Source of the DNA: Eledone cirrhosa
Lineage: Eukaryota
Reading direction: 5' to 3'
Length of the DNA: 64,000 nucleotides
Assembly: GCA_964016885.1 (NCBI GenBank)
Contig: OZ024748.1
Span: 6,448,001-6,512,000 of the forward strand
Positions 14,589 through 27,982 of this stretch are shown here, piece after piece. The position numbers and the translations under genes were made by a program. The notes under the pieces were generated by a model, which had not been told where the DNA came from, did not search any database, and worked only from the letters and a program-made list of their open reading frames with translations. Within the stretch, counting starts at the first letter, position 1. Every line of letters begins with the position of its first letter.

Positions 14589-14755
14589 CAATGCCAGGTT
14601 TACGATTGTGCTTCGGTGTGCTTAACTACAGGGCCCCATTTATGAGAGGATGCCCATCTTCCTGTCCAATAATTTGTTTCCCTCCTTCAGGACCGAAGTA
14701 AGGTGCTGCATAACTTAAATAGCACAGGGCCTCATTTGTCCTAAATCTGGCACTG
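14589..14755. mobile_element. hAT-type MITE
   Basis: TIRs CAATGCCAGGTTTA / TAAATCTGGCACTG. 8-bp flanks CCCCTAAC / CCCATAAC (TSD with one mismatch). A related right end lies at ~48465-48514. Confidence 0.65.
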
Positions 14756-14994
14756 CCCATAACATATCTGCTAAACATGACAATCTTGAATAAATAGCAG
14801 ATCAGCCAGAATTGAGTGGGATTGTAGAATCCTTGGGAAATCCACTCTTAAAATATATAGTCTAAGGAGAAATATGACGTATAAATGTACAGTTACCACA
14901 GCAACTAGCCACAAATTCTATATTGGTGCCACATCAAATCCTTTTAAGAGGTGTTCTTAATAACCCATACATTCTTTTAGAAATGAAATAAATA

Positions 14995-15090
14995 ATTGTT
15001 TCTACTTTAGGCACAAGGCCAGCAATTACCCAGTGCATTACTGGTACTTTATTTTATCGACCCCGTAAGGATGAAAGGCAAAGTTAACCT
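14995..15090 (-). mobile_element. 5'-truncated SINE with short direct repeat (aatgaaataaataat); further copies at ~15990-16153 and ~16800-16975
   Basis: SINE tail and core match the consensus. The flanking repeat occurs at ~14982 and ~15101. Confidence 0.75.
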
Positions 15091-15837
15091 ATTATCTATT
15101 AATGAAATAAATAATATATCACTCGCACAGTTGGTGTTGTGCAGCTTTGTTAGGCATAGAAGCAGCATCAATAAATAATCTTCTATTTGATGGTGAAATC
15201 AGTGTCAATATATCAAGGTTCTACAGGGGCTTGTGTGATAGTTCTCAGTAGGGATGAAGAAAGGGATGTTTTGTGGATGGTTGGCAACCCAATCCTCAAT
15301 GAATTGGACTTTCCATTTTTGAACATTGATGAAAGGGCTGACACCTTGTGCATTGAGGAGAAATGTCTTGGCTATACTAGAAGCTGGTTATGGCTGTTTC
15401 ACAAATAATCTTTTGTGCCTGTTAGTTAATGATAGCAATGGGGTTAGTTGGTGTACTTGGCTAATAGTGGAGGTTGGTGTTACATGATAGCTAGAAGGTT
15501 TAGAGAGGCGTTGGTGACTGGAGTTGTAGTTGCACTGTTGTATAAGGTTATGAGTTCCAATGTAATTGTGATTTTGGGTTGTCTTTTTGTCCCTATTGCA
15601 TTACGACATGTTTCATGAGTTTTGGACAAAGCCTGAACCAGCACTATAACAGCAGGGGATGATTTTACTGTGGGTTTTGTGTTGCTTGTAACCTCATATC
15701 TATTAGTTCCATGTGTACCTGTAAGATGGATGAAAGGACAATCTCACTGCAGACATAATTTTTTGCATTGGGATTTTAATATTCCAGTTTATGCGAGGTG
15801 TTTAGAAGGTTGATTAATATTTGGTGGATATACATAC

Positions 15838-15890
<53 letters not shown>

Positions 15891-15891
15891 C

Positions 15892-15926
<35 letters not shown>

Positions 15927-17043
15927 CAAACATACATATATATATATACAAACATACATATATATATATACATGTTTATTAACATGTAGTAATTGTTTCT
16001 ACTTTTGGCACAAGGCCAGCAATTATCTTAGTGCTTTATTTTATATCGACCCCGCAAGGATGATAGGCTAAGTTAACCTCAGCAGGATTAGAACTCAAAT
16101 CATAAAGGGCTGTAACTCTATTCTGCAAAGCATGGTGTCCGACTCTCTACCAATAATGAATTTAAATACTTTAAAGCTAATGACAATAAATTGACAAGAA
16201 AAGTACTTTTTCAAATCTCTGTGAGACTGTTCAACTCTGCAGAAGTACATAAGTAAGATATTTGTAAGGTCAGAACTTACTGTAGATATAGTCAGTTAGT
16301 ATTTGTATACACAGTTATAAAAAATGATAAGAATAATAATAACAAATAGCAACAATTAAGACAGTATATCGATTTTATTAACCTTTTTTAAGATTTAAAA
16401 TTTTAATATATTTTTTAAATAATTTTTTTAGTTAATATAATATAATCATATAATATAATATCATGTAATATATATAATTTTTAATAATATTATTTTTTAT
16501 TTAATTTTCATTAAATATGACCATAAAAAACAAAAAAAAATAATAATAACTCCCCCCATCTCCCCAAATATTAAAGAAAAAATTCTCGTTTGAAGGGCAT
16601 ATCTGTATGTTTGTGTATTTGCGAATGTGTGTGTGTGTGTGTGTGTATGAATGTAATGTATTTGTTTATATTTGTACAAGATAGGAAAATCCAATTTTCC
16701 AGATGTGCCCAAGGAAAGAATGTTTCCAATGGGTTTTCCATTAGAGATGGTATCTGCCAAGCACATCCCTGGACAGAAGCATCCCTATATTTCCAGTAAC
16801 AGCGGGTAGGGATTGAACTCAGAATGATTTTATGGACAATTCTGCCAATCTATTACTCCTCTTCGACTGGTACTTTATTTATCAACCCTAAAAGGGTGAA
16901 AGGCAAAGTTGACCTCAGCATGACTTGAACTCAAATACCACAGAACCTCCATTCTGATGTAATGACTGTGCCAATATATATATATGTATGTATATATACA
17001 CACACTCATGTATATATATATATATGTATATATAAATACACAC

Positions 17044-17122
<79 letters not shown>

Positions 17123-17319
17123 TTATATATATTAAATGTGTGTATGTATATATATGTGTGTATATTTATGTAAATATACACACACATGAACATGATGATG
17201 ATGATGATGATATCCATGTATATGGTTACATAGAAGACAAACACTCGTAAACATTTTTTTAGTCTTTACAATTAAATCATTTGGTCACAATTTTAAACAA
17301 CAAAAAATAAACTTATATA

Positions 17320-17379
<60 letters not shown>

Positions 17380-17576
17380 GCTATATATACATTTATATAT
17401 GCATATCTGTGTATATGTGTGTATTCCATTTTTTTTTTTTGTATTTTTAAATATTTTATTTCTTAATTTTTCATTTTATTTTTGACTTGCTGCACTGCCA
17501 TGTTTCCATATTTGTGTTTTTGTCTTTTAAAACATCAATCTCACTCATTTCATTCAAAGAAAAAAAAGTAATAATG

Positions 17577-17649
<73 letters not shown>

Positions 17650-17925
17650 TAATAATAATTGTGTAAGATAACCAGAAACCTTTGTGCTTAGTTAAAAATT
17701 CCCCAGGTCGACATTGAGTCTTTCATCCATTCAGAGTCACTAAAATAACATATCAATCTAGGGCACTGGATTAATGTAATTATTAAAATACTGGACCAAT
17801 TGAAATGCCTTGTGGTGTTTCTTTCAGTTGTTTGCATTCTAAGTTCAAATCCTATTGTGGTATAGTTGTGTGGCAAGACATAATACTTTGTTCAATTTAA
17901 CCCTACCACATGGACCTTGGTTGCC

Positions 17926-18117
17926 TTAACCCTTTAGCATTTAAACTGGCCGCATCTGGCTAGAATTTTACTCACCTCTTTCTGTTCAAACTGGCAGTAA
18001 CTGGCCACTCACATGGATGTTAAGGTATTGGCATTAAAATAAATAATATCAAAATCTGATAGATTTGATATTATGTGAAAATACAATAGTAAATATAGAT
18101 CAATGCTAAAGCTTTAA
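17926..18117. mobile_element. piggyBac-like MITE
   Basis: TTAA-CCCTTTAGCATT...AATGCTAAAGCT-TTAA; body shared with 18815 and 20049. Confidence 0.7.
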
Positions 18118-18814
18118 GTGGAGTTCTCTCTGTTGTAAGGTACCTGGCTCAAAGATAACTTCCTCCTTTGTCTCGCCATCCCTTAAACTAACTAGCCTTG
18201 AATGACCTGAAAATCAACTAGGACACAGTCCATTCCTTCCTGACTAAACAGTAAAGCAACAAATAACATTCTCTCACACTTATGACTACATCGATGAGGA
18301 GTATAACAATAAAATATATTGTACTGCTGTATGACATATAATTATGTACGACTTAATGTCCTGTACCCTATGAAACTACATTACTATAACTTTCTTGTAA
18401 AGTAAACTACAGCCTGATGACTGCATCATATTAGAAATTAAATCTTTCCTGCAAACTTGTACAACAATCTTCTCCATTAGCAAAGATACTATAAACATTT
18501 GAATTAACTAACTTGTTTTCACATATTTTATGCAAAAGCTATTACAGAATCTTAAGAGTAAATGTGAAAACAGATTTAGTCCTGCCAAGCGTATCTATAA
18601 AATCCAATAGAGGGTGCTAGAGAGAAAGAAAAATGCTAAAGCAGTCAAGTGAGACAGGGAAACATTTTATGAATAGTTGGGTTTTAGTTGAAATTTCAAG
18701 AAAGTTTGCTCCTTCATTGAAAAAAAAAGGAACAAGTGCATGGAATAAATTTAGAGGGACGGAACAGACATGGAATAGACATCAGACCTGCGTAGAATAT
18801 GGAGGTAAAATACA

Positions 18815-19029
18815 TTAACCCTTTATCATTTGAACTGGCTCTGTCTGGCCAGAATTCTCTCACCTCCTTCTGTTCAAACCAGCCATATCCGGCTGCTTGT
18901 ACTTATGTAAAGGTATTGTTCTCAAAATAAATAATATCAAAATCTCATAAATTCGATATTATGTGAGATAAAGCCTTACCGTGAAAATACAATAGTAAAT
19001 ATAAAATAATGTGAATGGTAAAGGGTTAA
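18815..19029. mobile_element. piggyBac-like MITE
   Basis: TTAA-CCCTTTA...TAAAGGG-TTAA. Confidence 0.75.
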
Positions 19030-19507
19030 CCACATACCATCCTGCTGTCTGTATGTAAAATAGATGGTGTAAATGATTGTTTTTATGCATTGATTGGTCT
19101 TAGCAATAACTTGAACAAAGAAAGAAAGATTGTCTGTGTAGCAGATTATCAGATAGGGATAAAATGGGACAACATAGAAATATTTGGGGAAACAATGCTG
19201 AGAGTAATTACAAAGTGTACTTGGTGCATTTTACTCTAATTTCTAACACAGGTACATGGCCAATATAATAATGATTAATTAATTTTAATAATTACAAATT
19301 TAGGGACTAAGCTAGTATGGTTCTATTATCTGATTGGTACTTGATTTTATTGAACTGGTATTTTATTTTATTGAACCCAGAAGGATGAGAGGTAAAGTAG
19401 ACCATGGTGAGATTTGAACACAGGAAATAAAGTACTAGAATAAATGCAACAAAGCCTTGTCTGACATTCTAACGGTTCTGTCAATCAACTGCAATTAATA
19501 CTTATAA

Positions 19508-19692
19508 TAATTGTTTCTACTTTTGGTGCAAAGCCTGCCATTACCCCGGTGCATTACTGGTACTTTATTTTATCGACCCTTTAAGGATGAAATGCAAAGT
19601 TAACCTCGGCAGGATTTGAACTCAGAAAATAAAGGGCCATAACACCATGCTGCAAAGCGTCTGACGCTCTACCGATACTGCTAATCCACCGC
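19508..19692 (-). mobile_element. tRNA-derived SINE (others flanking the Lox4 exon at ~20540-20740 and ~21190-21298, both -)
   Basis: Consensus match. Confidence 0.8.
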
Positions 19693-19696
19693 TCTT

Positions 19697-19729
<33 letters not shown>

Positions 19730-20048
19730 TATGACAATGGTTTCTGATTTAGGCACAAGGCCAAATAATGATAATAATGATGATGATGAAGGTGATGGTG
19801 GTGATGATGGTGATGATGACGATGATAACAGCAACAACAACAATAATATTAATATAATAAAATAATAATAATGATAATATAAATAATAATGATAATATAC
19901 CACCAAACATAAAATTATTGAGATGTCATTGAAGGTACCACTAAAACTGAGTGGTTGTCTTGAGCAAATACTGAAACATAAACAGCTTTCTTTTGAAAAG
20001 ATAGCTATCTTGGACACTGGATATATAATCCAGGAAAATAGTGACTGT

Positions 20049-20455
20049 TTAACCCTTTAGCATTTAAACTGGCTATATCTGGCCAGAATTTTCTCACCTC
20101 TTTCTCTTCAAACTGGCTGCTCATACTGATGTTAAGGTATTGTCCTCAAAATGAATAATATGAACATTTCTTAGATTCAATATTATGTGAGATATAATTG
20201 TTTATACTTTTGGCACAAGGCCAGCAATTATCCCAGTACGTTACTGGTATATTATGTACTGGGATAATTGCTGGCCTTGTGCCAAAAGTAGAAACAATTA
20301 TATCTCACATAATATTGAATCTAAGAAATTTTGATATTATTCAAGATGAATAATATAAAAATTTCATAGATTCGATATTAAGTGAGATATTATGTGCGGT
20401 AAAGTGTTTACCGTGAAAATACAATAGTATATATAGAGTAATGCTAAAGGGTTAA
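20049..20455. mobile_element. piggyBac-like MITE interrupted by a folded-back SINE tail
   Basis: Perfect TTAA-CCCTTTAGCATT / AATGCTAAAGGG-TTAA ends. Confidence 0.8.
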
Positions 20456-20777
20456 GTTCCTTATTGAGATTCAACCAGCAGTAGAAGATCCATCAATCAT
20501 CATATTTACAGTGCAAACCATCATAATAGTAATTCTTTGAGGGGGGAAAAGGGGGCAAGTCGATTATATGATTATATCAACCCAGTATTTAACTGGTACT
20601 TTATTTTATCGACTCCAGAAAGGATGAAAGGCTAAGTTGACCGTGGCAGGATTTTAACTCAGAATATATAGAAGGCCATAACTGGATGCTGCAAAGCATT
20701 TTGTCTGACGCTCTACCGACTCTGCCAATCCACCACCCTCATTCAAATAATAATAATTAAAGATTGGAATGAGGTAA

Positions 20778-21121
20778 TTACGTGGTAGGGGACAATTGAG
20801 GTTGACACTCAAAGTTATTTTTCCTCAAGTCTATTTTGACATCATTGTCATCTGTGTCACTACCATTATTGGTTAACCTCCCAGGATTAGGACGGCAGGC
20901 CACGTTTAATTCACGAATCTGTTGTTTTTCTTTTTTTAACTTCATTCTTCGGTTCTGAAACCAGATTTTCACCTGCCTCTCGGATAAATTGAGGGCATGT
21001 GCTACCTCAATTCTTCTCTTCCTGGTCAGGTAGTTGTTGTATTGGAATTCTTTCTCAAGTTCCAACGTCTGGAAACGACTGTATGTCTGGCGACCTCTGC
21101 GGCGCTGTGAAGAATTTGGGC
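20778..21121 (-). CDS. Lox4: Hox gene Lox4, terminal homeobox-containing coding exon (upstream exon not found in window)
   Basis: Minus strand reads ...taatttcag|GC CCA AAT TCT TCA CAG CGC..., a phase-1 acceptor with the intron ending at 21122. Translation: (G)[72 protein letters not shown]...PTT*. Homeodomain about 21104..20925. The GPNSSQ arm, Q21, K29, KLKKEK and the Ubd-A-type parapeptide QQIRELN fit Lox4 rather than Lox2 (KEKKE-LQAIKELN) or Antp. Confidence 0.9.
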
Positions 21122-21339
21122 CTGAAATTACATGAGGAAAATAAAAATAAAATTAAGTATAATAATAATGGTGATGATGATGATTTTGATAATTGTTTCT
21201 ACTTTTGGGACAAGGTCAGCAATAATCCCAGTGTATTACTGGAACTTTATTTTATTGAACCCGTAGGGATGAAACGCAAAGTTAACCTCGGCGGGAGATG
21301 ATTATAAAAATAATGTTTTCAACATCAACTTTGTTACAA

Positions 21340-21399
21340 CCACCGCCACTACTACTGCTGCTGCTGCTACTACTACTACTACTACTACTACTACTAGAT

Positions 21400-21433
<34 letters not shown>

Positions 21434-22775
21434 ACCATTACCACCATCAAGAACACTGCCACTACATATAATACCACTACCACTACACAAAACAACCATT
21501 ATCACCATAAAAACAAGCACTATTACTTCGACCGGACTAATGTCGCAAGGAGTACCACCACCATCAACACCACCATCAACACCACCACCACCACAAGTAC
21601 CACCACCACCACCACCACCACCACCACCACCACAAGTACCACCACTACCACCACCACCACCACCACCACCACCACAAGTACCACCACTACCATCAGCAGC
21701 ACCACCACAAGTACCACCACCACCACCACCACCACCAGCAGCACCACCACCACCACCCCTACCACCACCATCACCACCACAAGTACCACCACTACCACCA
21801 TCAACAACACCACCACCACCACCACCACCAACAGTATTACCACTAGCACCAGCGCAAGTACCACCACCACCACCACAAACAGCAATATAATCCCCATCAA
21901 AAACTCTATTACTACAGCAACAGCAACATCAATATCCCATCTCCACATCAACAACAATAAACTACAGCAGGATGATGATGATGAAGAAGAAGAAGATGAG
22001 GTGGTGGCGACAGTGGTGGTAGTAGTAGTAGTTGTAGCGGTGGTAGTGACAGTAGTGGTGGTGGTAGTGGTGGTAGTGACAGTGGTGGTAGTGGTAGTAG
22101 TGGTGGTAGTGGTGGTAGTGGTAGTAGTAGTGGTGGTAGTGACAGTGGTGGTAGTGGTGGTAGTGACAGTGGTGGTAGTGGTGGTAGTGAGTGGTGGTAG
22201 TAGTAGTGGTAGCGGTGGTAGTGACAGTATTAGTGGTGGTAGTGGTAGTAGTGGTGGTAGTGGTGGTAGTGACAGTGGTGGTAGTGATGGTAGTGGTAGC
22301 GGTGGTAGTGACAGTATTAGTGGTGGTAGTGGTAGTAGTGGTGGTAGTAGTAGTGGTGGTAGTGACAGTGGTGGTAGTGGTGGTAGTGACAGTAGTGGTG
22401 GTAGTAGTGGTGGTAGTGGTAGTAGTGACAGTAATGGTGGTAGTGGTGGTAGTGACAGTGGTGGTAGTGGTGGTAGTGACAGTAGTTGTAGTGGTGGTAG
22501 TGACAGTGGTGGTAGTGGTGGTAGTGACAGTGGTGGTAGTGGTGGTAGTGGTGGTAGTGGTGGTAGTGACAGTGGTGGTAGTGGTGGTAGTGACAGTGGT
22601 GGTAGTGGTGGTAGTGACAGTGGTGGTAGTGGTGGTAGTGGTGGTAGTGGTGGTAGTGACAGTGGTGGTAGTGGTGGTAGTGACAGTGGTGGTAGTGGTG
22701 GTAGTGACAGTAGTAGTAGTGGTGGTAGTGGTGGTAGTGACAGTGGTGGTAGTAGTAGTGGTGGTAGTGACAGTC
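21340..22775. repeat. Compound trinucleotide repeats: (CTA)n/(CCA)n, then (GTG/GTA)n with gtgaca punctuation
   Basis: Low complexity; source of the poly-P, poly-V, poly-T and GS ORFs. Confidence 0.95.
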
Positions 22776-22885
22776 ATAAATCTCAGGGAAAAATCTTGGA
22801 TTACACACCAAGGAACATGGGAAGCCTTGAAACTATAAATCAACAAACAACACACCATTCCCCCTTTTCTCTCTCCATATCTATC

Positions 22886-22988
<103 letters not shown>

Positions 22989-23160
22989 ATATATATATAT
23001 ACCGACTATGCACACAACATGCCAAATGTAATACATACATACATATATACATATACATATATATTTATATACACATGAATATATATGTATGTAAGTGTAT
23101 ATATAGACATATATGTATCTAGGTATATATATAGTCCGCATGTATGTATGTATACTTTTC

Positions 23161-23203
<43 letters not shown>

Positions 23204-23523
23204 TAGGTAGCGCGGTGAAATACTGGGGTTGGTACAAAATCTATTATATGCATATACACACACTCACATACACACTCACACACACAAGCACACATACACA
23301 CACACATACACACACTATATACACAACATAGCAGAAATTATATTCTACACCACCTTTGTTTGTTTTTTCCTGATTTGATTGTTTTCTTTGTTATTGTTGC
23401 CGTTTTAACTGTTTTTTTTCTTTTTATTTCATGCTGAGCTGGACAGCTTTTGTTTTGTTTCCTATTGCTGTTGTACTATGTATGTATAAATATATGTGTG
23501 TATGTGTATGTGTGTGTACATAT

Positions 23524-23586
<63 letters not shown>

Positions 23587-23679
23587 TAGTAACAAAACAC
23601 ACACACACACACATATATATATATGTGTATACACACACGCGCACTCACACACACATATATATATATATGTATATATACG

Positions 23680-23710
<31 letters not shown>

Positions 23711-23721
23711 ATGTATGTGTG

Positions 23722-23782
<61 letters not shown>

Positions 23783-24094
23783 GTGGGTGTATGTATATGT
23801 ATATATATATATATATATATATAGTAATAATAATAATAATAATAATAAATGTGAAGACTAAAATCCAAAGAGGGCTCGATAAGGATAAATATATATCAGA
23901 TATATAAGAACCGTAGAGAAAATCGTGGTTTGTCTTCGCGTGTAATTGTTTTCACTGCACCAAATAATGACCTTTTTTCCCGTTCTTTGCCAGGGAACGT
24001 TTCTACGAACCAAGGTATTGTCGTCTTCCTGTCTTCCTTCGGTTGCAACTTTTTTTGAAATATTTACTTCTGCATTCACAGATTGATTTTTTTT

Positions 24095-24145
24095 AGTTTC
24101 AGAAGATCCCGTTAAGGGTGAAAGCAGCGATTCTTTGCTTAAACT
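24095..24145 (+). ncRNA. Type I hammerhead motif with one core mutation
   Basis: AGTTT-CAGAAGA-T CCC GTTAA GGG T-GAAA-GCA...TGC-TT^AAACT. All three stems pair; core reads CAGA instead of CTGA. Confidence 0.7.
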
Positions 24146-24153
24146 TTAATCTG

Positions 24154-24190
<37 letters not shown>

Positions 24191-24535
24191 GTAGATAAAT
24201 CTACCAAGAGTTTACGGTAGTGTCCAATCCGTATGAAGAACTCAATGTATTCCGGATATCATGGAAAGAAGAGATGTAATGAAAAATCACTTTCGGTGAA
24301 AGATAAATGGTATACAGAGTCAAGATAAAATATTAAACAAATAATGAATAAACAATGAGACAGTTCCTTATATTAAACAAAAAAAGTTCATTATTTAACG
24401 ATCGTTTCTAGGATATATATGTGTTAGAATTGGCATGCATATTCAACAGATCTATGTACAAAATTATACAAAATTATACAAACTATCAAGATTAAATATA
24501 AGGAACTGTCTCATTGTTTATTCATTATTTGTTTA

Positions 24536-24580
<45 letters not shown>

Positions 24581-24796
24581 GGGGTCGTAAAACTGTAAAA
24601 TTACAGTTGTAAAGAACTCAATACCCGGAAGTAGAGTAGGTTATAAATTTATACCTAGCTGAAATTACCTAAATTGTTACTGTTCGTTTCACCTTTTACG
24701 GATTTTAGAGCAATCAATATATAATTTATATAGTCGTCTGTCTTATGTAATAGCTATTCTAGTCTCTGTATTTCTGTTGAATTTCTCTCTCTCTCT

Positions 24797-24884
<88 letters not shown>

Positions 24885-24929
24885 AATGTGTGTGTGTATG
24901 TGTGTGTGTATGTATGTATGTATGTAAAA

Positions 24930-25075
24930 CTGTCACAAGTGTAGTGTTTGTACCAGAGTTTTCAAGTCGCTGGCTGGACTAAAAAGTCACATTCGTTCAG
25001 CGCATCGGTAGGGGTTCACCTACATGGATATAAAGTAGTGGCCGTACTCGAAAACGAGTTGGCAGCCACCATGTA
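24930..25075 (+). mobile_element. LINE (RTE-like) 3' end encoding a terminal C2H2 zinc finger
   Basis: HKCSVCTRVFKSLAGLKSHIRSAHR*, then 3' UTR ending ...ggcagccaccatgta. Near-identical copy at 30817-30961. Confidence 0.6.
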
Positions 25076-25159
25076 AAAGGTAAACAGAAATAACAACACA
25101 ATCGATACAGTATATGGAAAAGATGTATTAAGTTAACGTTTGATATAGCAGGAAGAGGG

Positions 25160-25195
25160 TCTTAACATTTCGGACGATAGTCCTTCATCAGAAGA
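25160..25195 (-). ncRNA. Minimal hammerhead motif, family B
   Basis: Minus strand: TCTT-CTGATGA-A GGAC TATC GTCC-GAAA-TG-TT^AAGA (stem III probably AACGTT with CpG decay). Tail 25075-25160 recurs at 27058-27148 (-), 58395-58488 (+) and, degenerate with a TTGATGA..GAAAC core, at ~36970-37100 (+). Confidence 0.7.
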
Positions 25196-25293
25196 AAGAA
25201 TGACAAATAAGATAGATTGAGGGGACGGGTTGGGATGGAATTGGAAAAAATGTCTTTAGATAAAAATAACAGATCCATTCATGTTGACATCTC

Positions 25294-25575
25294 TAGGGCC
25301 TTGTTTCAGGGGGGTACAACGGGACAGGTTCCCCCCCCCCCACTTTTTCAAACGTATAAGTTTTATTTTTTGTTTATTTGATATAATAAATTCTTTTTAA
25401 GCTTATTTTTTTTATATCCTAACTTCATTTAAATATATAAAATTTAATTACCGTAAAATTGTACTTATGTGATAGGGTCCGGGAAAGGTACTATAAGCAA
25501 TACTAACATGTCCCTTTAAGTAGCAACAAATGTTTGTTTGCCCCCCTCACATTTTAAAGACAAAAGAGGCCCCTG
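25294..25575. mobile_element. Possible hAT-type MITE
   Basis: Ends TAGGGCCTTGTTT ... AAAGAGGCCCCTG with internal C/G runs. TSD not evident. Confidence 0.3.
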
Positions 25576-25633
25576 TATATATATATATATATTATATATA
25601 TATATACATATATTTATATATATATATATATAT

Positions 25634-25702
<69 letters not shown>

Positions 25703-25759
25703 TATATATATATATACACACACACACAGAGTCGGTTATCGGCCTTTACGTACTAACTT

Positions 25760-25841
<82 letters not shown>

Positions 25842-26191
25842 CCTGCCCCCGCCCAGCCAGTGGGATGGCGTTATCTTATGGCTAAAACAGCGCGACGTGC
25901 TGTGCCCAACGGCGCCGTCTGGCGCCCGACAAACTGGTCGATCAAGGTGATCAAGGGGATATATATATATATAGGAACCGACTGTGAGAGGAAGACTTTA
26001 AGCATAAACAAAGCGGAGTATTTTGAAATCTAGTGGTAATGTAGTATTTTTATATCGATTATGTCAATCAGGTTTACGTGTGAATTACGAGAAATAAATA
26101 TGGCTCCTTCATGTGAAATGTGGCATGATTTGATAAATGGTTACTAAGTGTTCAGAGTGAACGAAGAATTATTATTATATGTATATGTATG

Positions 26192-26230
<39 letters not shown>

Positions 26231-26234
<4 letters not shown>

Positions 26235-26466
26235 CGAAGGAAATGTGGTAAGGAACCAGGTGGACAATAACGCACCAAAGTACTCAATACTTAGGGTAGT
26301 AGAGTGGGTAATAGGAACGAGTAGGACCCCGACGGCTGAGCTCAAGCCGTTTCGACGGCTACTTCTGGACGACTCAGTCCAGAATTAGCCATCATTCTAC
26401 ATTACACTTCAGTCCAGAATTAGCCGTCGAAATGGCTTGAGCTCAGTCGTCGGGGTCCTACTCGTT

Positions 26467-26470
<4 letters not shown>
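26231..26470 (-). mobile_element. Family F foldback element containing hammerhead 3' halves
   Basis: Each arm reads GAAA-CGGC TTGAGCTCA GCCG-TC^GGGGTCC (the right arm has two C->T changes). Long tail on the left arm only. Flanked by (TA)n. Confidence 0.65.
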
Positions 26471-26500
<30 letters not shown>

Positions 26501-26659
26501 ATGTGTGTGTGTGTGAATATATATATGTGTAGGGATTGTAACGGCCAGTTTCTGTAGGTTCTCCAGAGTGAGCACTCAATGCGTAGTTTCCAGTAACGGT
26601 AATAAATATCTAACACTTTATATTATTATTGATATTATTATTGATATATACACACACAC

Positions 26660-26978
26660 AAACAAGATGGCGTAGGACAGAACAAATGAGAAGCACAAAA
26701 CAAAGAAAAGAATCCCCAGTCACTGAAGAGGTCACATAATGTGAGACAAAAGAACTTTGACAATATATGAACAACCATCCGGTTGTGGAACGAACCAACC
26801 CACGGGAAATTTATAAATGAAAAAAAAAACATTTTATTTTTAAATTTATAATAAATTGGAGTGAAAGCTCGGTGCGTGTGTTTCTTATTGACAACATGAC
26901 CCTCCCAAAGTATAACAATATCGGTTTCAACACACTTTTTCATATAAAGAATCTTGCTAAACAAATTCAGAAGAAACG

Positions 26979-26983
<5 letters not shown>
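26660..26983 (+). mobile_element. Family D hammerhead-bearing element (degenerate ribozyme at 26719-26761)
   Basis: GTCA-CTGAAGA-G GTCAC ATAAT GTGA(GA)C-AAAA-GAAC-TT^TGAC. The 3' part (ATGACCCTCCCAAAGTAT...) recurs at 8083-8165 (-), 12817-12946 (-), 13200-13330 (+), 39826-39960 (-) and ~42390 (+). Confidence 0.65.
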
Positions 26984-27055
<72 letters not shown>

Positions 27056-27740
27056 TGTGTAAAAGGTAAACAGAAATAACAAAACAATCGGTACAGTATA
27101 TGAAAGGTATATATTAGGTTAAGGCTTGATATAGCAGGAAGAGGGTCTACACATACAGACATACTTCACCAAACCATACATACCCACGTCATATATCCTA
27201 TCACCCCACACACTCACCTGACGGTACCACACCTCCACCACAGCATATCACTCCATGTTACTCTACATCCCGCCTCACAACACCTGGATGCAGGTGTAGT
27301 TGACTCCAACTATCAAATAGTCACACAGACACCACAGAAAAATGTGTGACAGAGAGACACACACAGACAGAATGACAGATAGATATAGACAGACAGATAG
27401 ACAAACAGACGCAGAGACAGATATATAAACAGACAGACAAATCGACAGAGTGACAAGGAGACAGACAGACAGAGAGACAGACAGAGAGACAGACAGACAG
27501 ACAGGCAGACAGACAGACAGACATGGTGTCAGTCATGTTCTACTTGAGGAAAGGTGAACTAGGAATTAAGTACGTGCTTGTTTCCTACTAAAAATACAGC
27601 CACCCGTTGAATACTCGGGGTGGACACAGTTGAATAGAAGTCAAGTGTAGGAATAGTAAACAGATGCATGTTTATACAACAACATCCTCTCTATATATAT
27701 GCCTATACGCACAAATATACATACATACATAAATACATAC

Positions 27741-27789
<49 letters not shown>

Positions 27790-27923
27790 TATGTATATAA
27801 GCCTATATACATACATATACACAGACACACACACACATATAAATACATACACACACATATATACATATACATACATACACACACATATATACATGCCTAC
27901 ACACACACACATATATGTATACG

Positions 27924-27982
<59 letters not shown>

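Noticed and set aside
21063-21065. ORF-track start (TTG) for the homeobox protein
   Set aside because: Internal Leu14 of the homeodomain; the frame continues upstream to the acceptor at 21121/21122.
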